Sequence record: OR699282.2
DNA length: 64,000 nt
Reading direction: 5' to 3' (one strand)
Part shown: piece after piece, positions 12,103 to 22,850 of the stretch
Layout: each line of letters begins with the position of its first letter
How positions within the stretch are numbered: the stretch's first letter is position 1
Position numbers and translations under genes: made by a program
The notes under the pieces: model-generated
Seen by the model: the letters and a program-made list of their open reading frames with translations, nothing else
Told to the model about the DNA's origin: nothing
The model's database searches: none

Positions 12103-12900
12103 TGTCAATGAAACCACTAATTCAACATAATATTTTTTATAGGTCATTATTCAAAATTCAAGATGATTTTTATCAGACGTTGAGTAATGATCTTATAGGT
12201 AAAACTGTACGATATTCGGAACAATACATCAAACGTATGACAAGTGAGTATATTGACCCTGAATACGAATACGACATTGAACACATTAATCCCAATACTA
12301 GAATGAAAATCATTGAGATATTTAAGAATGGGAGAACTATAGGTGCTGAAATTGAGTACTTGAATTGTGATTGTTACATAGATACCGAGTTAAGTTTGGA
12401 TTATCTTGTTTTAGTGGATGATGAGGAATAATTATGATAACATTTTTTGCAATATATGGTTTTGTAGCATTTGTTACATTTATAACCAACTTTCTAGTAC
12501 TTAATTGGGGTTGTTTTAAAGATGAAATCATGATTATCATGAATCTCCAAACAGCAGCACTGATGGCTATTATTTGGCCTGTAACATTAGTATATATTTT
12601 TATTTCACTTACCCAAGATATTATTAACAAATATAAGAGAAAGAAATAATGTTCAACACTGACTTATCACATTTGCGATATCTTATGTCTTTGGCTGATG
12701 ATTTTATAAATGATCTGAAGCCAAAATATATTGGTCAAGAAGTACGATTAATAAACTCCAGAGGGTATGGAAAGTATATTATTACTGATATGTATATTAG
12801 TGGTGGTGAATGGCGTTTTAAAATTAATACTTATCTTAAAGATGGTTCTTTTGCTGGAACACAAGTTACTAAACACACTAATATTATATGGTTGGAGTAA
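12102..12900 (+). other. three small CDS (12102, 12434 membrane, 12649)
   Basis: ORF track; LIGKTVRY and KYIGQEVR motifs. Confidence 0.65.
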
Positions 12901-12902
12901 TA

Positions 12903-13646
12903 ATGAAACACTTCTTAGAAGTAACTGTACCTGATGATAAAGATTTATACATTGTAGGTGATTTGCATGGTAATGGTAAACTATGGGATGCTACAGTGAA
13001 AGAATTTGGTATTACACACAATGATTATGTTTTCAGTGTAGGTGATATTATCGACCGTGGAGAACAAAATTCAAAGCTCCTTTTTGAATTTTTGTTCGGA
13101 GAAAATCGTTACATGATTGCGGGTAATCATGAGATGATGTGCGTTGATTCGGAAACACTTCGAGATTGGTATCATTGTTGGATAAGTAATGGTGGTGATA
13201 AATTCCTTGATGAAGTTGGAGGAACAGGCATTCAATTCTTTCGTCAGTACTTAAAGGATCTCCCTATGATTATCCAAATCAATCACCGAGGATTGAAGAT
13301 TGGGTTAGTTCATGCTGGAGTTCCGTTGGAATATACAACATGGGAACGATTTGTTAATGGGACAAAATCACTTAGTGCTGATATAATTGATAAGTGCTTG
13401 TGGGATAGAAAAACATTCGATTATTGTAGAACTAATAATACATATTATGCACCTAAGTTAGATGGAGTGCATTGTGTCTTTAGTGGACATACAGCAGTTA
13501 CAGACCCACTCATTTACGGTAATCGCATTTGGATTGATAGTCAGTTCTTGACGGGTGACTTAACTCTCGCTACTCCACAAAGTGGTGGGATGAGATATTT
13601 ACGTAAAGAAAAAGATGAGTACTCATTCAATCGTTTCAAAAGGTAA
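12903..13646 (+). CDS. Ser/Thr protein phosphatase, lambda NinI/PphA-like metallophosphoesterase
   Basis: GDLHG, GDIIDRG, GNHE, HAG and GHT motifs. Confidence 0.9.
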   Translation: MKHFLEVTVPDDKDLYIVGDLHGNGKLWDATVKEFGITHNDYVFSVGDIIDRGEQNSKLLFEFLFGENRYMIAGNHEMMCVDSETLRDWYHCWISNGGDKFLDEVGGTGIQFFRQYLKDLPMIIQINHRGLKIGLVHAGVPLEYTTWERFVNGTKSLSADIIDKCLWDRKTFDYCRTNNTYYAPKLDGVHCVFSGHTAVTDPLIYGNRIWIDSQFLTGDLTLATPQSGGMRYLRKEKDEYSFNRFKR

Positions 13647-13651
13647 TAATT

Positions 13652-13921
13652 ATGCATGATGTAGTTAAAAAATATTTGAATGATAGATATATTATGAAAA
13701 AATCTATTAATTCTATCCTAAAAGACCATGCAAATCAAATACGTGAGATTCTATCAAATAAACTTATTGGTTGTTCAGTTGAGTTCAACTACAAAAAGAA
13801 TGTCGTGAAGGTTGGAGTTATTAAACGTGTAGTTGCTGTTTATGACCAAGATGTATATGTTGAAATAGAATATGATGATAAATTATCACAATTAAGTACT
13901 GAAGATTTAACATTTTTATAA
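13652..13921 (+). CDS. small hypothetical protein, paralog family
   Basis: KLIGCSVEF motif. Confidence 0.6.
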   Translation: MHDVVKKYLNDRYIMKKSINSILKDHANQIREILSNKLIGCSVEFNYKKNVVKVGVIKRVVAVYDQDVYVEIEYDDKLSQLSTEDLTFL

Positions 13922-13931
13922 GGAAATAGAA

Positions 13932-14159
13932 ATGAAAGTAATTCAAGTTATGGTAGAAAAATACCAAACTGAAGATGGTCGTATTTTTGATTCAGCTAAA
14001 CAAGCTGAACACCATGAACGTATTATTTCTGGTGCACGTAAAGTATGTCCTACATGTAATGGAACACAACAAGTACCGTCAGAAGATTACCGCAGCTTTT
14101 ATGCTTGTCCACACTGTGATGGTAAAGGGTTTTTAGAAAAACAAGAGGTATGGAAATGA
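13932..14159 (+). CDS. DnaJ-type Zn-finger small protein
   Basis: CPTCNGT and CPHCDGKG repeats. Confidence 0.7.
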   Translation: MKVIQVMVEKYQTEDGRIFDSAKQAEHHERIISGARKVCPTCNGTQQVPSEDYRSFYACPHCDGKGFLEKQEVWK

Positions 14160-14569
14160 AATTGTATTGCTTAACTAATATGTACTGTCAAGGTGTCCAA
14201 GCTGGCATTCAAGCATTCCATGCTGGTGTTAAACTAATTAAAGAGTATGAAGGTTCTGCTTTCAGTACTATTATTGATGAATGGTACTATGAACACGAAA
14301 CTATTGTAGTACTAAATGCTGGTGGACATGATAAGTTAAATTCTTATTATAACAACCTTAGCAAACAGGGAAAAGTTCCGTTTGCCAAATTCAATGAAGC
14401 TGGATTGAATGATGCTATTACCTGTGTAGCAGTACTGTGTACGTCTGAAATGATTGAAGACATGGCTGTTATGCGTATGAATCTTCCTGCTGGTGATCAA
14501 CTAATGCAAGTAAAATATGGTGCATTGTTTGACACATTAAAAGCAATCAGCACAATGAGGACAATTTGA
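14156..14569 (+). CDS. peptidyl-tRNA hydrolase 2 (Pth2)-like protein
   Basis: AGIQAFHA, TIVVLN and C-terminal E.GLNDAIT.VAV pattern resemble the PTH2 fold. Confidence 0.55.
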   Translation: MKLYCLTNMYCQGVQAGIQAFHAGVKLIKEYEGSAFSTIIDEWYYEHETIVVLNAGGHDKLNSYYNNLSKQGKVPFAKFNEAGLNDAITCVAVLCTSEMIEDMAVMRMNLPAGDQLMQVKYGALFDTLKAISTMRTI

Positions 14570-15768
14570 TGGATTTTCCAGAGAAGTTATTTGTTGCACG
14601 TTCCTATGTAAACCACAACCAAGTTGATGGTTTTATTATCGATGCAACAAAATCACATACAAAAGCGTTTGAAACAAAGAAAGAGAGAGCAGAGTACTGG
14701 GCAAAGAAGAACAATCTTCCATCGTTATATATTGACAACGTTCCAACTACGGGATTTTGTGTAGTTGATAAATTAACAACTCATGCACGAGAAACATATT
14801 TCACGATCCGTCACCCAGAAGGATTTGAATTTATGATTAGTGCAAAAAACATGAATGATTTAATTATCAATAACGATATAATCAAAGGTGTTTTTGTAGA
14901 CCCAATGTTTTTCAACAATAACTTAGAATTAATTAATGGTAAAACAAAAACGTTTGCTAAGTTAGTTGAAAAAGAAAATAAAAAAGAACAACAAAAAGAA
15001 ACTGTAGCAGGTCTTAAAGTTGGTGATGGTTTCACTTATCTTAAAGAAGATTACTATTACTGCGGTAAAGTACATGCAATTTGTATAAAGAAAACTAAAG
15101 AATTTGCATATCCAGACAAAAGTTCAGTTTATCATTTACTTTTTAACAGTACTCGTGGAACTTATGCATTGAATCAACGTTTGGATAATTACAATCTTGA
15201 ACCTCGTGCACTCTTGAATAAGAAGACTACAGCAGATGAAGAAATTAAACTTGCTAATGAATTTTGGCAAAGCTATAGAACAAACAGACATAACCCATTA
15301 GGTGAATCTAACATTCCAGTACTGGTACACAATAAATCATTTAAAGCAAAAGACCTTAAAATTAAATACGAAGAAATAAATGTTGATGATCTTATGAATA
15401 ATGGACGTTTCAACGAGAACGTACCATTTATGACTAAAGATAATGAACAAACATATCGCGTATTTTTTGGTGTAAGTAATAATACAACGCGTAGTTATTA
15501 TGGGCGTAGTGGAGATTATAATATCCATTATAATGATAAATTTGAACGCTTTAGTGCATATCCAGTTCAAATTGATGATAATGGGATTATGGTAATGGAT
15601 GTTGATATTAATGAACACTCATCATTTAGTACATGGAATGGCTATCGTTCCCCATTCTTCCCACCAAATGAACGCAAAACATCAAGCACTCGTTACTACC
15701 AAGACAAACCATGTCACGTTCAACTATCAATTAGTAATCCACTTTATATTGGAAAGTATTATCTATAA
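14566..15768 (+). CDS. hypothetical protein (400 aa)
   Basis: Long ORF coupled to both neighbours. Confidence 0.8.
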   Translation: MMDFPEKLFVARSYVNHNQVDGFIIDATKSHTKAFETKKERAEYWAKKNNLPSLYIDNVPTTGFCVVDKLTTHARETYFTIRHPEGFEFMISAKNMNDLIINNDIIKGVFVDPMFFNNNLELINGKTKTFAKLVEKENKKEQQKETVAGLKVGDGFTYLKEDYYYCGKVHAICIKKTKEFAYPDKSSVYHLLFNSTRGTYALNQRLDNYNLEPRALLNKKTTADEEIKLANEFWQSYRTNRHNPLGESNIPVLVHNKSFKAKDLKIKYEEINVDDLMNNGRFNENVPFMTKDNEQTYRVFFGVSNNTTRSYYGRSGDYNIHYNDKFERFSAYPVQIDDNGIMVMDVDINEHSSFSTWNGYRSPFFPPNERKTSSTRYYQDKPCHVQLSISNPLYIGKYYL

Positions 15769-15779
15769 AGGAATATACA

Positions 15780-17198
15780 ATGAGCATTTTAGCAATTCTT
15801 GAAAGCATTAAAAATACTAGCAGTACTCTGGGCAAAAAGGCTATTCTTGAACAAAATAAAGATAATGTAACTTTACAAAAAGTACTGAAATATACACTAG
15901 ACCCTTCTATCGTAAGTGGCTATAAGAAGCTCCCTGACGCTGATGACGTATATCAACATATGACGTTAGATGAAGCAATTGATAAGCTAGAATGCATTTA
16001 CAAGCGTGATGTGACAGGAAATGCGGGGCGTGATTTCATTGCTTCAGTACTGGGTTCTGTATCAGAAGATGACCAAGAAGTTCTTCGTAAAATGCTCACG
16101 AAGAACCTTGATTGTGGTATTCAAGAAAAGAACTGCAATGATGTATTTGGTAAAGGATTCATCAAAGACGAACCATATATGCGTTGTTCTTTGATTGACA
16201 AAAAGACTGCAAAGAACATCAACTTCAAAGATTATGGTTACGCTATATCAGAAGTGAAAATGGATGGTCAGTACTTGAACCACGTTGTCATTAATGGTTC
16301 ATTAACTTCTACATCCCGTAATGGTAAACTATACGACTTCCTGGGTTGTCGTGATGGTGAGATGGCAGGTCTTGCTCACATCATCCAAAGTAAAGATGAA
16401 CGTTTTAGTAGTGGTGTGGTCTTTATGGGGGAAGGTGTAGTACTGGACAATGATGGAGAAACCATTCTCCCACGCACTACTGGCAACGGTATAATTCAGA
16501 AAGCTGGTAAAGATAGCATCAGTCAGAATGAAGCAATGCGTACTGTATTCGTTCTATGGGATGTTGTTCCATATGATGCATTTTGTGAAGGTGTATGGGA
16601 TGTAAAACGTAAAGAACGTCGCGAGATCTTAGTAGATGCAATTAACGAACTCAATAGTGATTTTGTTCGTATGGTTGGATTCCGTAAAGTTCTAAACATC
16701 AAAGAAGCATTTGAGTACAATAGTGAACTAATGAACGAAGGTGAAGAGGGTTCAGTACTGAAATGCGAAGATGGTATCTGGAAATCTCACACTTCTCCTA
16801 AGCAGTTGAAAATGAAACTTAAGATGCAATTGGATTTGCGTATTGTTGGTTTCAATGAAGGTGAAGGGAAGCGTAAAGGTAGCCTTGGTTCTTTACAACT
16901 GGAAAGTGCATGTGGCACATTGAAAGTTAATGTAGGTACAGGCATCCGTGAAAAAGATGCCGAATGGACGTTTAAAACCATTTGGGAAAGAATGCAAGAA
17001 CTTATTGGTAAAGTGGTTACAGTTGAGTGTAATGACATTGTATTCGAGAAGCGTACTGGTGAGCCATCACTGTTCTTACCAGTGTTTATTGAATTTAGAT
17101 TTGACAAAAACACTTGTGACGACTATACTCGTATTTTAGAAATTCGTGATAGTGCTGTTGAGGTGTTCTCAAACAGTATCATTGAATCACTTGGCTAA
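15780..17198 (+). CDS. lig: ATP-dependent DNA ligase (T4 gp30-like)
   Basis: Motif I EVKMDG, EEGSVLK, K.KLK, OB-domain GSL and LFLPVF...RFDK. Confidence 0.95.
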   Translation: MSILAILESIKNTSSTLGKKAILEQNKDNVTLQKVLKYTLDPSIVSGYKKLPDADDVYQHMTLDEAIDKLECIYKRDVTGNAGRDFIASVLGSVSEDDQEVLRKMLTKNLDCGIQEKNCNDVFGKGFIKDEPYMRCSLIDKKTAKNINFKDYGYAISEVKMDGQYLNHVVINGSLTSTSRNGKLYDFLGCRDGEMAGLAHIIQSKDERFSSGVVFMGEGVVLDNDGETILPRTTGNGIIQKAGKDSISQNEAMRTVFVLWDVVPYDAFCEGVWDVKRKERREILVDAINELNSDFVRMVGFRKVLNIKEAFEYNSELMNEGEEGSVLKCEDGIWKSHTSPKQLKMKLKMQLDLRIVGFNEGEGKRKGSLGSLQLESACGTLKVNVGTGIREKDAEWTFKTIWERMQELIGKVVTVECNDIVFEKRTGEPSLFLPVFIEFRFDKNTCDDYTRILEIRDSAVEVFSNSIIESLG

Positions 17199-17217
17199 AC
17201 ACTTATAGGAGGTAATT

Positions 17218-18009
17218 ATGAAATTTGTTGTAACGTCTGACGTACACGGTGGTACTGATTACCTCCATAGTGGTGATTACAGTGATACAGTACTGATTAT
17301 TGCTGGGGATTTTGATGAAGTTAAACGTAGTCGTTATCGTACTGGCATTGAATCCCTGTGTAAACAGTTTAAGAATGTAGTACTGGTTCCTGGCAATCAT
17401 GAATATTATGGTTCCAATATCCACAAAACGCATAAAGTACTGTCCGATATGCAAGATGAGATTCCAAATTTCATCTTTTTGCAAAACAAATTTGTATGGC
17501 TGGATGGAGTACTGCTTGTTGGTAGTACTCTGTGGACAGACTTCGATAAAGGTAATTCTTTGACGAAGTTTGATGCTTGTCAGAAGATGAACGATTACAA
17601 ACATATCCGTCATGGAACAACATCAGAGCCTTGGCGTAAGAAACTGACACCAGATGATACTGAGTTTATGCATCACAAAGATAAACAATTTATCAAAAAT
17701 TCTATTGACACAGTTCGCTTTATGCATGATAATGATTTCAAGGTCATCGTGGTTACCCATCACGCACCAAGTTATCAAAGTGTTTCACCAAAATATAAAA
17801 ATGATTCACTGAATGGTTGTTACTGTTCCGATATGGATCAGTACATTGAAGATTTGGGTGCTGATGTTTGGATTCATGGTCATGTTCATAGTAGCTTTGA
17901 CTACCACATTGGTAAGACACGTATCATTTGTAATCCACGAGGCTATGAATCATACAGTGGAGCTTGTGAGAATTTTGATTACAATCCTAAATTTGTATTT
18001 GAAATTTAA
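17218..18009 (+). CDS. calcineurin-like metallophosphoesterase
   Basis: SDVH, AGD, PGNHEYY, THHAP, HGHVH and NPRGY motifs. Confidence 0.9.
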   Translation: MKFVVTSDVHGGTDYLHSGDYSDTVLIIAGDFDEVKRSRYRTGIESLCKQFKNVVLVPGNHEYYGSNIHKTHKVLSDMQDEIPNFIFLQNKFVWLDGVLLVGSTLWTDFDKGNSLTKFDACQKMNDYKHIRHGTTSEPWRKKLTPDDTEFMHHKDKQFIKNSIDTVRFMHDNDFKVIVVTHHAPSYQSVSPKYKNDSLNGCYCSDMDQYIEDLGADVWIHGHVHSSFDYHIGKTRIICNPRGYESYSGACENFDYNPKFVFEI

Positions 18010-18021
18010 TGAGAGGATATT

Positions 18022-18811
18022 GTGTCATTAATTTATTTTGAACTACCAGAATATACCAATTATCCAAGCCGAGTTATTTGCTCAGTTTATAGTAATGCAT
18101 ATCATCACTTGTTAGTGAATAGTAATAAAGCTGTGCATTATTATCGAAATAAAGAACCACGTACATTAAAGAATCGTTATGGGTTTGACCCAACTAACAC
18201 TGAAGTTGAACTCTGTGATCTGTTCGGGGAAGTAATGGTGGTGTTGAAACGAGATATTCATCTTTTCCATACATACAAACTTAATCAGTACTTTATGGAA
18301 ACACTGTCTATACGTTCCCATGCTCCGATGATTAAAGTTGATTTGAATTATGTTGATGATAAATTGAAATATGATTTCATTAATTCACTTGTTTATTTGG
18401 AGTAATATGAATATACGTTCAGTACGAATATTTTCATTTGTTGATATGAATAAAAAACACTCTTATGTGTTTGAAAATGTCAATAAGTTAAATCCTCATA
18501 CGGCAAAAATGATTGAAACCATGAAGAACTTGAGTTTACATATAGAAGTTTACTATCTTCATGACGATTCTGTTTATGTATATGATGATGGATGGTATGA
18601 CGGTGTGTTTTATGATGACATTAGCACTACTGCTGATTACTACTTTCTAGTGAGTAATCCACTATTCAGTACTAAAACTTTGTTTGACATTACCGATACA
18701 AGCGTGTATGATACAAGTCATGTTGAGTTACTTAAGTTTGATCCAGTATTATTCAACAAAGAGACGGCGTATTGGATGACTGATTTCTTTTCAAATATTC
18801 CAGTAAAATAG
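18022..18811 (+). other. two hypothetical CDS (18022-18405 and about 18407-18811)
   Basis: ORF track with GAGGA/GGAG RBSs. Confidence 0.6.
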
Positions 18812-18812
18812 T

Positions 18813-18841
18813 TTGGACATTTTAAATCTTAGTGATATAAT
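18813..18841 (+). promoter_or_regulatory. sigma70-type promoter for clpP
   Basis: TTGGAC-N17-TATAAT with TG extension. Confidence 0.65.
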
Positions 18842-18875
18842 ACTCACAACAACGAAATAATAGAGGAAATTAATA

Positions 18876-19571
18876 ATGGTTGAACAATTCATGTTTGGTG
18901 GTTATGCTAATGGCGAAGTACGTAACATTTCTATTCCTTACGTAGTTGAGAAAGTTAATGGTTCAGAACGTACATATGATCTAGCATCTCGTATGATGCA
19001 AGACCGTATCATTTTCCTTGATACTGATTTCAATGATCAAATGGCACATATCATCAAACAACAATTGGTATGGTTAGACTCACAAGGTGATTCCCCTATT
19101 ACATTCTACATTAGTTCACCGGGTGGTTCAGTACACGCAGGTTTGGGTATTGCAGATGTTGCTAAGTCTTGTATTTCTCCAATTCGCACTGTAGTAATGG
19201 GCTATGCAGCATCAATGGGTTGCTATACACAATCTGTAATTGGCACTAAAGGTTTCCGTTTAGGTGGTAAGCGTTCTTATTTCATGTGTCACCAAGTAAG
19301 TTCTGGTACACAAGGTCTAATTACTGACCAGAAGATTTCACTTAAACATTCTGATGCCCTAAACACTCTATTGACTAAAGAAATTGCAGAAGCAGTTGGT
19401 GTAACACACGAACAACTACTTAAAGATGCAGACCGTGATTTGTGGTTAAATGCAGAAGAAGCTCTTGAATATGGTGAACATGGTTTCATCGATGGTATTA
19501 TTCTTGGGCCACGCAATGAAGAAGGTAAGTACTTAGTTAAGCGTCGCGGTGGCGTGGAAGAGTGGGTGTAA
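18876..19571 (+). CDS. clpP: ClpP protease subunit
   Basis: YDLASRMMQDRIIFL, SSPGGSV, AASMG (Ser), CHQ (His), DRDLWLNAEEALEYG (Asp). Confidence 0.92.
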   Translation: MVEQFMFGGYANGEVRNISIPYVVEKVNGSERTYDLASRMMQDRIIFLDTDFNDQMAHIIKQQLVWLDSQGDSPITFYISSPGGSVHAGLGIADVAKSCISPIRTVVMGYAASMGCYTQSVIGTKGFRLGGKRSYFMCHQVSSGTQGLITDQKISLKHSDALNTLLTKEIAEAVGVTHEQLLKDADRDLWLNAEEALEYGEHGFIDGIILGPRNEEGKYLVKRRGGVEEWV

Positions 19572-19619
19572 GATAGATTTTGATGCCTCAATATGGGGCA
19601 TCATCTTTGTGGAGATTAT

Positions 19620-19910
19620 ATGAAAGTACTAGTACGTAATAATACGGAAGTAGCAAATGTATTAGAAGATTCCGATTTTATTAATGTTGCGTTCGATCAA
19701 ATTAGTGCAGTAGCACTTGAATTAAAAAATGTAGATGAATCTGAGCGTGTGCTGAATGGTTTTGCAATTGTACTTGAATTAATGAAAGAAGTACTAATTA
19801 AAAAGAACATTAATCCAGTTGATGCGGTTCAACATGCAGAAGCTGTGCGTAAAGAACACGGTACATTCTCTGACAAAAAATACATTCAAACTGATGAGGT
19901 AAAAGAATAA
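19620..19910 (+). CDS. degenerate MazG-superfamily (COG4997-like) protein
   Basis: KVLVRN start and RKEHGTF end resemble KLVRD...KREERGGF; acidic EExxE motif not evident. Confidence 0.45.
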   Translation: MKVLVRNNTEVANVLEDSDFINVAFDQISAVALELKNVDESERVLNGFAIVLELMKEVLIKKNINPVDAVQHAEAVRKEHGTFSDKKYIQTDEVKE

Positions 19911-19911
19911 T

Positions 19912-20358
19912 ATGTCCAATGCACAATATAAAGATGGTTATGACGCATACAAAGCAAAAGTAGTTCTAAGTGCTGAACAGCTAAAAATGCAGCATCCATT
20001 ATATCGTCAGGGCTATCGTGCAGCACAAGCAGAAGCAATGAAGAAAAATAATGTAACTTTTCCTACTACACTATATGATATTCCAAAACGTCCACACATT
20101 TTTAAAGCTGAATGGACTGATATTATGGCAGCGACAAAGCGTCCACGCTTTGCTAAATTACACACCGATGAAGGTCGCTGGTTGCTAATGGGGATTATGA
20201 AAGCAGTTGAGAATCAATCTCATAAGATTGTTCGTTATAAAGATGTTGTTGCTATGGTTGATAAAGCATTTGACCTTGTACTTCAATATGGTTATGATGA
20301 AGGTGTTCTAACTGTCGCTGATTGTGAAAAATATCAGTACACCCCATATCAAAAATAA
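19912..20358 (+). CDS. hypothetical protein
   Basis: ORF track; followed by terminator at 20369-20397. Confidence 0.75.
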   Translation: MSNAQYKDGYDAYKAKVVLSAEQLKMQHPLYRQGYRAAQAEAMKKNNVTFPTTLYDIPKRPHIFKAEWTDIMAATKRPRFAKLHTDEGRWLLMGIMKAVENQSHKIVRYKDVVAMVDKAFDLVLQYGYDEGVLTVADCEKYQYTPYQK

Positions 20359-20478
20359 TATTGTGAAAAGGAATCCTATCATGGGATTCCTATTTTTATT
20401 GCTGTATATCAATTTTCCATTGATCATATTTTGATCTATATGAGCTAAATACCCAAGGAATCATTGTTACTAGGGTAG

Positions 20479-21529
20479 GTGAATATGCAGCAATATAATT
20501 TAACTGAAGAACAAAGTGATATTTTTTACCATCATATGTTTTTAATTGATGAATTTGCTTTAAAAATTAATTCTGAAGCAATTGATATATTGAAGAAATG
20601 GTATAGTTGTTATAATAAAAACAAAAAGTGGTATTGGTTTAATAGAAATATAAAATCATTTCTAAAAACAATCACACACACTGATAGTATTGAGTTAATA
20701 CATAGTTCTATTGGATATAGTTACTTAACTAAACACAACAGTACTATGATGTTATCAGGGTTTAAAGTTGAAAGAATTTCCAAGTTAACAGGTTTATCAT
20801 TAGAAACAATTCTATATGATATTGAGAAAATTTGGAAAACTATAGAATTAATGCATAAAAATATGTCATTCATATATAGAAATTATGATATATTCACTGA
20901 TGTAAGACAATATCATAATAAACCGTATGTATTGGATGAAAAGTACTATAATCATATGGAAGTTTGTTCTAAACTCGTTGATGATTGGAATCTAGAGGGA
21001 CATAATGAAATACACACACCTAAGTATAGATGATACTAATATCTGGTTAGATAACATAATCAAGACATTAGAATTAATTAAACTTACATTACAAAAAACT
21101 ACTGATATTGAAATTAAAATTAAACAAGAAATATTAAACTATTATCATAGAAACAAATATAGCACGTTTATCTCTAAATTAATTTATGGATTATATGATA
21201 TTGAAGATATTTGCATCGGTTACAGTACTGGTATTTGCTTCACAGTTAATGGTTTAAAAAATGATTTAAATTTCAGACTTTCCGATGAAGAGCAAGATTT
21301 TCGTAGATTTTGTGATAATATTATGGATACAGATAAAATTACATTTGTTATTGAATTAAATCAAACGTGGTCTACATATGCAGATAAACCATTTGAAATT
21401 AATGAAACAGATGTGTTAAACTATATTCGAGTTATGAAAATTCATGATTTGTGTAAAAACGCATTGTTAAGTATTGGAGCTTATAATGAAACATACGACT
21501 TGGTTGAAGATAGCAGAAGTAGTTGCTGA
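20479..21529 (+). other. pair of paralogous hypothetical CDS (20479-21033, 21005-21529)
   Basis: Shared C-terminal YxxKP(Y/F)xxxE motif. Confidence 0.6.
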
Positions 21530-21965
21530 GGAAAGTAAATGTATTTCACAAAAAGTTGGTTGTGTTATTGTTAAAAATAACCGAGTATTGAGTACTGGAT
21601 ACAATGGTACTCCATCAAAACAACCAAATTGTTGTGATGTGAATCAACACTTAGTCAATGATGGACGTTTTCAAGACTGGGTTAGTGATGAAGCAAAGCA
21701 TGAACATCATGAGTGGAGTAATATTCATGAAATCCATGCTGAAATGAACGCTTTACTCTATAGTTCTCCTGCTGAACGTCAAGGTGCTACTCTTTACACA
21801 ACACTACAACCATGTTATACTTGTTCTAAGTTGATCGCAGGTAGTGGGATTTCACGTGTAATTTATCTCAAAAATTATCCTCGTACACCACCAGAAGCTA
21901 TTAAAGTACTGGAAGATGCTGGAATTATTGTTAATTGCATTTATGATAAGGGTCTTGATAAATGA
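21486..21965 (+). CDS. cd: dCMP deaminase
   Basis: SKCISQKVGCVIV, GYNG, HAEMNA and PCYTC Zn motifs. Confidence 0.92.
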   Translation: MKHTTWLKIAEVVAEESKCISQKVGCVIVKNNRVLSTGYNGTPSKQPNCCDVNQHLVNDGRFQDWVSDEAKHEHHEWSNIHEIHAEMNALLYSSPAERQGATLYTTLQPCYTCSKLIAGSGISRVIYLKNYPRTPPEAIKVLEDAGIIVNCIYDKGLDK

Positions 21966-22219
21966 CAGTAATAATTATTATTGCTTTTCTAATAACAGTG
22001 TTTTTTATTTTTATGTTATATATAGTTGCTATGGATGAACCTAATACTTCTTTTCGAAATTATGAAGTTCGTTTTTCTGCACAAAATAATAAGTACTATA
22101 TTGTAAACTGTATACAGCGTAGTGAGAAAAGGGTAACAAGTAGATTTGGATTTACCATTTATTATAAAGACCGAGTAGAAGCTGATATGATTTGTCAGAA
22201 GCTTAATACTGTAGAATAA
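21962..22219 (+). CDS. small membrane-anchored protein
   Basis: Hydrophobic N-terminal helix. Confidence 0.6.
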   Translation: MTVIIIIAFLITVFFIFMLYIVAMDEPNTSFRNYEVRFSAQNNKYYIVNCIQRSEKRVTSRFGFTIYYKDRVEADMICQKLNTVE

Positions 22220-22246
22220 AAAAAGGAGCCGTATGGCTCCTTTTTT
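22218..22246. terminator. bidirectional intrinsic terminator
   Basis: A7-GGAGCC-GTAT-GGCTCC-T6 between convergent ORFs. Confidence 0.9.
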
Positions 22247-22247
22247 G

Positions 22248-22625
22248 TTAACCAGGGAGGTTACAATAATACAAATCCCAAGGGTGATATTTCATCGCAC
22301 CAGTACTCAATTTAATTTTATGAAACTGGAATGATTCGGCAAATGCACTATCGTCAATCTTAATACAAAAAGTGTTTTTGGCTAGAGTTGGTGCAATTTC
22401 CAATGCTGTTTTAGATGCATCTAATCTAATTTTATCTTTATCATAACTAGTGATAGTTACAAAACGATAAACATTAAAATCAGTATCAATGAGATCGTAA
22501 ACACAACTAGAACGTTGATTAAAGATGTTCAAGTTATATTTCAATTCACCGTTTATATTAGCTGCGGTTACACAAAACCCGCCGATATTGAATGGTAGTT
22601 TACCTTGTGCTGCGATAGCTTTCAT
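22248..22625 (-). CDS. hypothetical protein, the only convincing minus-strand gene
   Basis: Fills an otherwise empty interval; AAGGA RBS on the minus strand; shares the bidirectional terminator. Confidence 0.75.
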   Translation of the reverse strand: MKAIAAQGKLPFNIGGFCVTAANINGELKYNLNIFNQRSSCVYDLIDTDFNVYRFVTITSYDKDKIRLDASKTALEIAPTLAKNTFCIKIDDSAFAESFQFHKIKLSTGAMKYHPWDLYYCNLPG

Positions 22626-22695
22626 ATTTTATTTCCTTTTTTAAATATAAGTATGAAATATATTTGTTTTTTACATCAGATGCACCATGAACTAG

Positions 22696-22815
22696 TTGAC
22701 AAAACATCAGTGGTATGATATGATCTGTTATAAACTGTACACCTTAAGTTTTATTTTTAAAAATTTGAGTTAAGTACAGAAAAAGTTTGACTTAAGTGTT
22801 TAAGTACTATATTAT
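22696..22815 (+). promoter_or_regulatory. two tandem sigma70-type promoters
   Basis: TTGACA(22696)-N17-TATGAT and TTGACT(22787)-N17-TATTAT. Confidence 0.65.
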
Positions 22816-22850
22816 TTATATCTTCCTAAACAAAATTGAGGACTTGTTAT

